Origin: Corallochytrium limacisporum Hawaii
Lineage: Eukaryota; Protista; Pluriformea
NCBI GenBank assembly: GCA_002811645.1
Contig: PDIP01000043.1
Location: forward strand, 1-64,000
Direction: 5' to 3'
DNA length: 64,000 bases
The notes under the pieces are model-generated. The model was not told where the DNA came from and searched no databases. It saw only the letters and a list, made by a program, of their open reading frames with translations. Of the stretch, positions 1 through 9,899 are shown piece by piece (position 1 is the stretch's first letter; each line of letters begins with the position of its first letter). The position numbers were made by a program, and so were the translations under genes.

Positions 1-7
1 CCTTAAC

Positions 8-644
8 CTAACCTTCATTGCAGCATGTGCCATTAAGACCCCTGCAGCCTCGGTGCCAATCCGGAATGCACTGATCTGCGTCAACGCATTGTGCAGGGTC
101 TGAGTCGTTGTGTGAAGTAAATTTGCAGATCAATCCTTCCTCACACTCGCCTACCCAGCCATTCGCAGCAAAGTCCGAAGTACAGTCCTCGCCCTTTTTC
201 AGGTAGTCAAAGCATTCCGGCATATTAGTATTGGGATTTGAGCCGCAGTACTGCGTTTCTTTGTCGCAAAATGAGTTGTGCTGCACCAGGTTGTTGTCTG
301 GCTCCGCGCGGGAGTCAAAACCACAGAAAAGGTCTCCAGCCGGAACTTCCTGGCAGGTGGCCCGATCTTTACCCGGCGTCTTGATGCACTGCATGTAGTC
401 GGCACAAAGCCAATCCTGCGTTACACCATCAGAAGAGCAAATCCTTCCCTCTCGAATAAGCGGCATGCACTTCGTCGATTCGTCATCGCCATCCAGACGA
501 GATTTTCCACAGTAGGATGGGAGGCAGCAGTTATCCACCTCACCATTGCATTCACTTCCCATTGGGACGCACTGCGCCGTCGCGGCCGCAGCACGGACGC
601 TCGGAAACAATGGCAAGAGTAGCGATTGCGTATACAGTCTTCAT
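8..644 (-). pseudogene. Secreted cysteine-rich repeat protein (knottin/colipase-like Cys spacing); frameshifted near the start and apparently truncated
   Basis: ATG at 644 gives a signal-peptide-like MKTVYAIATLAIV, but that frame stops at about 553. The Cys-rich body (CVPMGSECNGEVDNCC...CIPDWHRGCRGLNGTCCNEG) is in the +1 frame (ORF 8-616) and stops in the middle of a Cys repeat. Confidence 0.65.
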
Positions 645-2980
645 GATTATTTTTTTATGCTGTTATTCTGCGGTAATACCTTAGATGTTTTGTGGGAGTC
701 TAAGTGGTCACCGTTAATGGATCTGTGCGGATCACATTTCTTAAATACCTTGGCGTCTACGAAGCGGGGATGCCATTGCCGCAGCGTGTTCATTCTCTTA
801 TATGTCGGTATGCTGACAAGTAGTGCTATGAAAATGTCTTCGTTCGAAACAAATGAAAGACTTTAAAGAAGCTTCCATTCCGTCATTAAAACATTTGCCT
901 TTCGCCATGATAGGGGTTCGGAACGTTTGCGTGCGCGGTGGCGGTTGAATGGGGAAGGAGTGGGAATGATGTGTATTGGGGCCACTTATCTCTCCCCTTC
1001 CAGCGCTGCCACGGACCAGCGGTACGGAGTTGTAATGGTTCCAATTGGTGACATCCTTGATCGCTATGCTCCTTTCATATGATTGCAGCAACCCCGCGTA
1101 GCGCAATCGAGGGGGGGGTGGCCGCCCACCCAACCTACAAGACCACGAACGAAATTTTCAGTAATAACCGTAAGGGCGGTGGGTGCGTTCACTCCACTGC
1201 CTTCAGTTTTTCCCCAGGGTATAACGGAAATCCGAGAGACCGCGCCTTGGTAAATTCTCATGAGTGCGACACAATAAGGTATTTTCCAAATTTACGCAGG
1301 CGTGTCGGGCAGCTTTTGGTTGCAGTGAGGAGGGAATACTACAGGACAATGGCCACACCAAACACGGCTTTCATTGTGTTTCCCATCAGCCAGCTTGCGT
1401 AAAACGCATTGATGTTTTCGGGGAGTAGACGAACTCAATGGTACGCATTCTGACGATGGCCCAGCTAAGCGCGAAGCATGAAGGCCATCTTCAGTTGCTA
1501 TCACCGAGTCAGCTGCAGTGTGTGAGTTGAGTACCGATCCAATGGACTGCGCGGGCGCCTCTTGCCTTCGTCTCCTACGTCCATGCACCCAACCCCTGTG
1601 TCACGATACGAGGAGGAAGTGATCGAACTGACCGTTAACTCCGAAGACCGGAAGCGTAGCACCATGGAGATCTCGCACTTAGGATATCAGTGGGAAGTTA
1701 CACCTTTGTTGACATATGGTATCCATGCGCAATCATACGAAAGCAACCGCAGACGTCCTGGACGGGTCTCCCTAAGACTTTGAGCTCTGGGAATGCAAGT
1801 TGCTAGGTCTGTCTTCACTATTGCAAAGGCTAACCGACGCCTTTGGCTGATGTTCGTGCGAGGGGACCATTGCACTCTCCAGGTATGGTACTGCTGTTTT
1901 TGATGGGGCACACCGAACGGTGTATTGGACAAACAAAAACCAAGCATCTGTTCCACAGGGTGACTGACAAACTTAAAAAAAATGCGTGGAGCCCTGCCCA
2001 GTCAGTGGTGCAAGAAGTTTTCGACAGCAGTTTTTTTTTCATTCTTTTTCTTGGTGCAGAAACTTTCGTGCTCTGCGAAATGTAGGCGAGAACGTGGTTC
2101 TGAGGGCGCGCGATCGTTGACAGAGTCAGGTGTCAGCTCCCTTGGCACAGGTGAATCCGGGCGGGAGAGGGGGTGGGGTCAGGAACTGAAACAGTTCCCT
2201 TAGTTTACTTCCAGCTGTTCTAACGCCGTGCAACCTCGATGACAAGGATGGTTAGCGCTTTGCCGGACCCAGCCAAAATGTCATTTATTCCAGACGGGAT
2301 GGTGCCATGCTTCTGTGGTATATTTGGAGAAGTTCAGTGCATGTTTCCAGAGCTCGTTGATTCTATTTGAGGTTCCCATATTTTGGACTTATCATACGTT
2401 GAGAACGATATCGAAGTTAGGATTCGGACTCGAAAATATCGACGATGCGGACTCAGTGTTCCTAGCAAATAATCTGGTGGGCGAATATGCTGAGCGGGAT
2501 ATGCATTATAGAGGTAGTAACCGAACAATACATGACCTATCTTGAACTGTTTGTCCTGTGAATCGTTGCCGATTTGGTTCCGCGGACTTTGAGCGCGTGT
2601 TACAACGGACGGAGTATAGTGTTAGCTGGTCCAGTTTGAAACCGCCCGTAGCTGGGGACAACACGGAGAATATGCGTAGGGTCATTTGCCACTAGTTTTC
2701 CGCCCAAACTGGTGTGCGCCCTGTCCCCAAGATCCACGTCATCCGACAATTTTTGCATACTCCACATCAGTTTTGAAGTCTCCTGCAAAATTATGAACTC
2801 GCAGGCTTATCGTATATAAATTTCTGAAGCCCACGGACACCGTCGCCCACAGGTGCCGTTGTTTACATCTGGCACAATGAGACCTTCTACAGATCACACT
2901 CACTTCACCAAGCACTGTCAATTTCTTAAAAACTGGAATGTTCGAAAAGTCGTCTATTCGGGTTTGTGGGGGGGGGGGAC

Positions 2981-4348
2981 TCAATATTTTGCGCTCATTT
3001 TCCGTTTGGCGTAGATTGAATCGATGCGCTGCTTGCACAGACGAGCACTTAGTTTTGTAATCTCTTCGGGTTTCTTTCCACCAGGATTAGTAGCCTTGAC
3101 ATGTTTCCATATGGCCATGACTTGATCATCTATGGACTCGCCGTGGTGAATCCTATCAGGTTTGATGTCGCTAAGGATCGGAGAGTCATGTTTGAACTTG
3201 CGAGCAAAAAATCCATGGCAATGTTTCAGTCGCTCAACATGCTCCGGTGCGTCTATCCAGAGAGGGTGGCCTTTGGGTCCCGTCTTGGGCCAAAATATGC
3301 ACCGAAGGTCCCACGTAATAAGTCGATGATGCCAGCCTCCTAGAATTGCCATTGTTTGGAAAAAATGTTCATCCGATACGAGCCAAGTGCTCATCATGGC
3401 AATGACACGATGGCTGATGCGACTATCAAGGATGAAATTCACAAACTCACGGGTAACGGTGATCCAGGCTGAGCCTTTGTACGTTGGGAAAGAAGGTTTT
3501 AAGTCGTACCCCGGATCCCAGCCTAGAGGTTCTCTTTGCCCCTGAGTAGTGAGAGTATAGAATGAAGGATCGAACCAGACGTGGTCATACCGGTGTGGTG
3601 CAAGCTTTTCGTTCATAGACACCCTAGAATAAGCAATGAATTCGATCTGCGCAGCAGAATCCAGAAATGCTCTCATGACGTCGTTCGTAACCAATGGGCG
3701 ATCAGCCGCGCTTAGGTTCATGAAATGGGTCCACGTTTTATCCACGTCTCTGAGCAGCCGCATGCCATCAATATAATTTTGTGTGATGGTCGCACCGAGA
3801 TAGGTTGTGGGAAGCGATGGAAGTATGTGGATATTGTGTTCCTGTTGTGCGTGTGGCCTTAGTCTATAAAACTGTATCCTCAGTTCTTCGCGCTCCGCAT
3901 CTAGGATGTCGCTAGTAAAATGCAAGCAATAAACACTCTTCTCGTCATATATCTGATTCAAGAGATCTGGAACACTATCCATTTGTGCTTTAGACACCTG
4001 AAGAAAGAATGCAAGCTTCACCTCCAGAGGTGCTGTAGCCGCTACCATAAACTCTGCCCTGATATCATTATCAAGCCACGACTCTGGTGGTTGGTGATCG
4101 CGCTTACTCTGCTCACCTTCTGTCACGACACGACTCCATGGACCCTCGAAGAAATCTTCTCCGTCACCATTGGTATCTCCTGGTGGAGAACGAAATGTGT
4201 CTGCAAGTGTTGGATCTTCATGGTACAAGTCCCCGGTTCCACTTCTTATTGAACCATACCAAAAACCGGTAGCCAAACCCAATGCAAATGCGACAATGAG
4301 AGGACACTTGAACTTACCCGATGGTCTGTTGATACCATAGCTTAACAT
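2981..4348 (-). CDS. Golgi type II glycosyltransferase, GT14 (core-2/I-branching, xylosyltransferase-like)
   Basis: N-terminal TM anchor (LIVAFALGLATGFWY); motifs HFMNLSAADRPL, KGSAWITVTREF, DEHFFQT, FFARKF. First in-frame ATG is at 4348. Confidence 0.85.
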   Translation of the reverse strand: MLSYGINRPSGKFKCPLIVAFALGLATGFWYGSIRSGTGDLYHEDPTLADTFRSPPGDTNGDGEDFFEGPWSRVVTEGEQSKRDHQPPESWLDNDIRAEFMVAATAPLEVKLAFFLQVSKAQMDSVPDLLNQIYDEKSVYCLHFTSDILDAEREELRIQFYRLRPHAQQEHNIHILPSLPTTYLGATITQNYIDGMRLLRDVDKTWTHFMNLSAADRPLVTNDVMRAFLDSAAQIEFIAYSRVSMNEKLAPHRYDHVWFDPSFYTLTTQGQREPLGWDPGYDLKPSFPTYKGSAWITVTREFVNFILDSRISHRVIAMMSTWLVSDEHFFQTMAILGGWHHRLITWDLRCIFWPKTGPKGHPLWIDAPEHVERLKHCHGFFARKFKHDSPILSDIKPDRIHHGESIDDQVMAIWKHVKATNPGGKKPEEITKLSARLCKQRIDSIYAKRKMSAKY

Positions 4349-6670
4349 TTTTCGCAATTGTGTGACTGAGGGACGACCATGTCATTGCTGGACAGCTGAA
4401 TGCCCCTGTAGTCTACTAGCTGGACACTGCACCTACATGCACGAATTTCCAAGTTTCTTTTTCGATTACCATAGAGCAAGTCATTCTGTTTTATATCTCG
4501 GAATTGACATTAGAACGTAGTTGCTGGCTTAATAGATTTATTGTCCAATACTTTGTTCCACGCGAGGCCCATGTCCTATAAGAAGAATGCAAAAGGTGAG
4601 TACGTAGCGCGATATTGCCAGCATACTCCTACCGGCCCCCCGCCCAACCGCCAAACCCCGCCACAGCAGCGTCAGTTCAAATTCTGCTGCGGGTGAAGTG
4701 GACCGAAAGACGCTGGAGAGAGACCTTCTGCGGCTTCGTGACGCCCTCCCTCCTCCTCTTGGGCCCCCTCCTTTTGTTTGTGCATCTTTAGTTCTCCCCG
4801 TCACCAGCTTCGGACCCAAAGATTTCGCGGGGATATGCGAGTCCCAGCCACCGTCAACGACCATTGCTGCCTGGTATGCAAAGTCTCAGATGTGGTTGGG
4901 GCCCCATCCCCCGGCGCGGGGGTTGGTCCGGTGTTGCATTGCTGCGTTCAACTGCCAACCTCTCGCTGTGTCTTGCCATCTCTGGCGATATGGTAGCCAT
5001 TTTTCTGTGTGTTGCGCCCAGCCGGAATTTGGAAATTCTAGGCAACACGGAGGCGTCGCAGTACACAGTCTTAGGACCTGCAGAGAGCCGAGTCCAGGGG
5101 GACACTGACGTGTAAGATGTCGCGGTTACTCACAATTTGCCATGATAGCAGGAAGGTCGTCAATGGCGACCATAAAGGTCACGATGCCTGATATCCTTGT
5201 CTCCGAAACAGACCTCATCCGATGGCCCAAAAAGGATCTGCCGCCGAAGGTGAAGTGTTACTTTGAATCCAGAGATGAAAAGGAATACAGAGGAAATTCA
5301 ACCTCAAGCAGCTGCATACCATGAGACGAAAAGGATATGACCTTGGGATACGACCACGGCCTCTGAGGAACGGTATGTAGACAGCACGGCTGTTTCGATT
5401 GGTCTCTAGCGGTTAGTGACACAAACACGCGCCCTTCTTCTGCACCACTAGTCCGGGTGGCAAATTGATCATTGATCATTGTTCCTGTCCACGGGCACGT
5501 TCCCGAGCCCAAACAAAGAGTAGAACGCTAAGTCAACCCTGCCCGATATCTCCCTCTCCCCCTTGTCCCTGTTTTTCCTCTGACCTGTTAATTTCGGTCA
5601 CAAGACCCGATCCCGTTGTCCTCACCCTGCAGATATTAATCGGTTTGGAATATGGCCCGCAATTCCCTGTCTTTGTGTATCGTTGTGCTCCTTTGTCGAC
5701 GCCTGCGATTCCAGTTCTTTCTTGGTCTCATGGATCAATAGTGATGCTAATGGGGACTTGACAGAAGGGACCATAATAGAAAATATTCCAGACTGGCTCG
5801 CGCTGTTGCAGAACTGTCTTCCGACTTCGCTACTACCGCTTGAAAAAGTTTCCTCCGTACCCAAATCTTGATTCTCGTTCTGTTTACATAGGAGTGCGAG
5901 GAACGGGAAACGACAAAAGCTGAAGGCGGTCGACACATCTCCTCCGGCCATGTGGCTTTATCTCCTGTTCATCTCAAGAAAGCAAGCAAGCGGCATCGAC
6001 AAAGCTAACCAGTGCACACTATAGAGTTTATCATTTTCGCTTGAAGGTCAGCAACCAGTGCATGAGGGGACCCTGGTGCATGGGTTTTCGTATTGTGCTG
6101 AGCGCTCTAGAGATGTACCTCAGGTAGGACCCCAGGGCGATTAGGGGCAGCCAACGTACTATCTTTTTTACACCCTCGGTCCTGGACTGGTAACGTCTGA
6201 GAGTGAGCACGAAACATGCTAAGAATGGTTATGCACAACGTGAAGTTTCTCTGGTTACCACCTGAAACGCCACGCAAATTAAGACGTAGCAGCAGTCACG
6301 CACGCTAAAAGTGAGTCACGAAATCCCTCAAAGATGACTCTGTAATGATGATTCCGACACGGTTGTGGCAGCTGGGACAGACATTGCATGTAAAGGGACG
6401 TGTTTTCCATTTACTGGCACACCACTACTAGAATATGCAGCCAATACATTATATGGAAAAGTATACTGAAAAGCCACTTCTTTGTTTATAGGATCTTCAA
6501 GGGATAGGGATGACAGTAGTGGGCTTGCATGTGGCCTACTTTTCCGACAACAAAGGAAGCCGTCAGATACGTTCTGATCCAAAAGACAAGGCGTGTACAT
6601 TGATGCCATTGTTGTGACATATGTTTGTGGAGAGCAGGCCGAAGTGATTTAGAATAGGTTGTGACATTAC

Positions 6671-8926
6671 CTACTGGGGGGCTTCGCACACACCGAATGA
6701 GGTGATTGTGCAGACATCAGCGGGCAGGAACATCGGACTGCAGCCAGCATCAGGGTCGGTCCACGCAGGCAGATTATCCATATTCACATGACCAAATCCA
6801 GTCAACATGGCTATGACAAAGGAGCCAATACCCAAACCTGCTGTCAATCCAGCGGCCGAAATGTATAGATTGTCCTTGTAGAACTTGGGCCAGAACTTCG
6901 GCATAAGCACCTGGAACAACAGAACCATGAACCCGGTTGTAATGAACCAGGAGTTGATGTTAGCAAACGCAGGCATTAAAGTCATCATGGGAATGTGGAT
7001 CCACTTGAAGATGGACCAGTATCGGCTTAAGCCCCAGAAGACTACGGGCAAGACCAAACCAGCCGCTAGTCCACCGAAGAAGAGAGCACGGTAGGGGGAG
7101 TCTGGAGACATCCACGCCTCATACGGCCCAATACCGCCCCACAAGTATGAGGCAGTGGTATAGATTTCCAGATTAGTAGAGTTCCAGTCAGGGTTACTGC
7201 CATCGAGCAAATTGTTATCCATGACGTTGCGATAAGCAGTGGTATCAGCTAAAGCAGCAACGAAGGTACCCCAGGCCTGCATGGCTAGGACGGTGCGATA
7301 ATTAATCTTATAGAACTGGCACATTTTCATGTTCTGAACCAGAATAAGGCCATGGTACATTCCAATGTATCCAGTGACCTTGACAAGGATGGCACCGTTG
7401 GGGTTGTGATGAAGCATCAGACCACCAATCATCTCACAGAGAATGTTCAGACCCAGCATGTTACCAGTTACAGACAGTACTGCACCGATTGGGACCATGA
7501 AGAAAGCAGCCAGAATGATGGAAACAATGACAGCCCACCAAGGCATGGAAATGTTGTAAGCGTAATTGGTTGCAATGAATGCACCGGCAAAGATGGCGAT
7601 GAAAAGCATCCCGAACCAGTAGGGCACGTTGATAGATTTTCCCGCCTCCTTTTCCAATTCTTCCATGGCAATGGCGTGCTTGGATTTGGTGGAGTTCGAC
7701 TTACCCAGAGCCCCCACGATGTCATCCCAGTGCCATACCAGGGTATGGCTGACAGCCGCAGTCAGGGCCACGAAGCTAATGAAGTATGTGACGGAGTTGA
7801 AACCACTAAGGTAAGCAAAGCCATAGGTGTCATACACTTCCTGCTGCCACTCCAGTTCGTCGTTGAACAGTAACTCGATCGGGTAGTCTGTACCGTTCGC
7901 CAGATACAGATCAAGACCCTTCGGATCTATGTTCTGGCTGTTGGCAAAGTTTGTGAAGTACACCCATGGGCCGGCAAACCAAGCAAAGATTATACCACCA
8001 GCTACAGCGTTGAATCCTAGCCAAGCAGGAACATACATCAGGAAGCCAAAATAGGCGGTAAAGATGGACAGGTCGAACATGAGTGTGCCCACACCGAAGC
8101 CCTGGGAGAGACCACGGCCCAGAACCTGGAGAGGACCGTTGGGGCTGGTGCCCTGCCCTGCGGCAATCCAGCAAAGCGCTGACACTGATACTAGACCCGG
8201 CCAGAAGAAGCCGGGAATCCATTGGTAGATCAGACTGAGTGCACCAATGAGGAAGAAGACCCTCAAACGAGAGTTACTATCTTCGTGAAGCATCTTGAAG
8301 ACCTCAGCTTGGAAAATAGCCGTCGGCCAGGGCATTCCACGGGCCATAATCAAAAAGCGGTAGAACAAAATAGCCAAGCCGTAGCCAACCATATTGGTGC
8401 ATAAAATGAGCATAAAGTCACCGAACCATCCGATGTTTTGGCCAAGTTTCTCCTCCATGAAGAAAAGCGTGTTGGCAACATAAGCACCATTGACGGAATC
8501 CGAGGTTACCAGACCAACCATCACATGTTCACGAACGTTAAACGGACCAGGGTTGGTGTCGAGGGTGTAGGGGCCAATGCGAAACTTGTAGGAGGGTATG
8601 CTCCGGGCCATCAATGCCAGGACCAAGTAGGATACCAGAAAAGCAACCGAGTTGTCCAGCGAGAAGGCAACTGTACGGTAGTTACCGATTTGATTGATGT
8701 AGGACCACGCAAAAGTAAAAACGGTGGCAACAACAACTACACGTGGAGTAACAACCACCGTGTCCATGTCCTTGACCTCGGGGTCATACTCGGCGTCGAC
8801 GGATTGACTGCTCTTGGAATCCTTATCGCCTTCATACAATTTGGCATCTAGTGTAACAACCTTGATCTCCTCGACCTCCGAGGAGTCAATGGAAGGCTCT
8901 GTTAAAACTTTCGAAGGGGGTGACAT
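6671..8926 (-). CDS. Oligopeptide transporter, OPT family
   Basis: 751 aa, many TM helices, OPT signature NPGPFNVREH, GLNILCEMIGG, WGGIGP. Confidence 0.9.
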   Translation of the reverse strand: MSPPSKVLTEPSIDSSEVEEIKVVTLDAKLYEGDKDSKSSQSVDAEYDPEVKDMDTVVVTPRVVVVATVFTFAWSYINQIGNYRTVAFSLDNSVAFLVSYLVLALMARSIPSYKFRIGPYTLDTNPGPFNVREHVMVGLVTSDSVNGAYVANTLFFMEEKLGQNIGWFGDFMLILCTNMVGYGLAILFYRFLIMARGMPWPTAIFQAEVFKMLHEDSNSRLRVFFLIGALSLIYQWIPGFFWPGLVSVSALCWIAAGQGTSPNGPLQVLGRGLSQGFGVGTLMFDLSIFTAYFGFLMYVPAWLGFNAVAGGIIFAWFAGPWVYFTNFANSQNIDPKGLDLYLANGTDYPIELLFNDELEWQQEVYDTYGFAYLSGFNSVTYFISFVALTAAVSHTLVWHWDDIVGALGKSNSTKSKHAIAMEELEKEAGKSINVPYWFGMLFIAIFAGAFIATNYAYNISMPWWAVIVSIILAAFFMVPIGAVLSVTGNMLGLNILCEMIGGLMLHHNPNGAILVKVTGYIGMYHGLILVQNMKMCQFYKINYRTVLAMQAWGTFVAALADTTAYRNVMDNNLLDGSNPDWNSTNLEIYTTASYLWGGIGPYEAWMSPDSPYRALFFGGLAAGLVLPVVFWGLSRYWSIFKWIHIPMMTLMPAFANINSWFITTGFMVLLFQVLMPKFWPKFYKDNLYISAAGLTAGLGIGSFVIAMLTGFGHVNMDNLPAWTDPDAGCSPMFLPADVCTITSFGVCEAPQ

Positions 8927-9638
8927 GTTGGTATAATCACAGTATCTCCTTGATATCGGACGCTGCCGGACGTATCAAACAAGACACTGCGTGCTTACGC
9001 TAGAATTCCAACAGCAGGCCTTTCGATCTGCGGATCTTCATGTTTAAATACTTTCTTGGGTCCTATGACAATATGAGGATATGTGGGCTGCGCAGAAAAA
9101 CAGGAGATCATCTCTACACACCAATACACAAGGTGGGCTGCTGGCGTGCAATGTATGGCTTGCTTCTGTTGTGCACTGCCTATCAGTCAGACCAGATGCC
9201 CAAAGGGGGAAGCATTCCATCAGCCCTTTCCCCCCTCTCCCTTTGTGCCTTGGCCTTTCCCCTCCCCCGTTCTCCACGGCACAAAATTAGCATGAAACTA
9301 GATACCACCAAACTTCAACAGGTCCGAGACTAGTATAGGTGACCATGCAACCCTGTGACGAGGGGTATAACAGAGTCTTGCAGCTGTCGCAGACGACGCA
9401 TCAATGTAAATCAGTGAAGCAGCGAACTGCTATCGTGTCATCTTGTTCATTTCTTGCCATGGTGGATAGCTACTTTGTCTCCTTAAAATCATGCATTCCT
9501 GAAACCTTAGGCACTTTGAATCAGGACATTTGCTGGTCCATGCGTGTGATCATCGTATTCTTGCGGCGACGAGCATTTGCCAGAGTTCTCGGCGTAGTCT
9601 GGCTCGCCCTCTATAACCCCCCTTTCCCCCCCCCCCTC

Positions 9639-9899
9639 NNNNNNNNNNNNNNNNNNNNNNNNNNNNNNNNNNNNNNNNNNNNNNNNNNNNNNNNNNNNNN
9701 NNNNNNNNNNNNNNNNNNNNNNNNNNNNNNNNNNNNNNNNNNNNNNNNNNNNNNNNNNNNNNNNNNNNNNNNNNNNNNNNNNNNNNNNNNNNNNNNNNNN
9801 NNNNNNNNNNNNNNNNNNNNNNNNNNNNNNNNNNNNNNNNNNNNNNNNNNNNNNNNNNNNNNNNNNNNNNNNNNNNNNNNNNNNNNNNNNNNNNNNNNN
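9639..9899. other. Assembly gap (N run) flanked by C-rich tracts
   Basis: Ns in the sequence. Confidence 0.99.
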
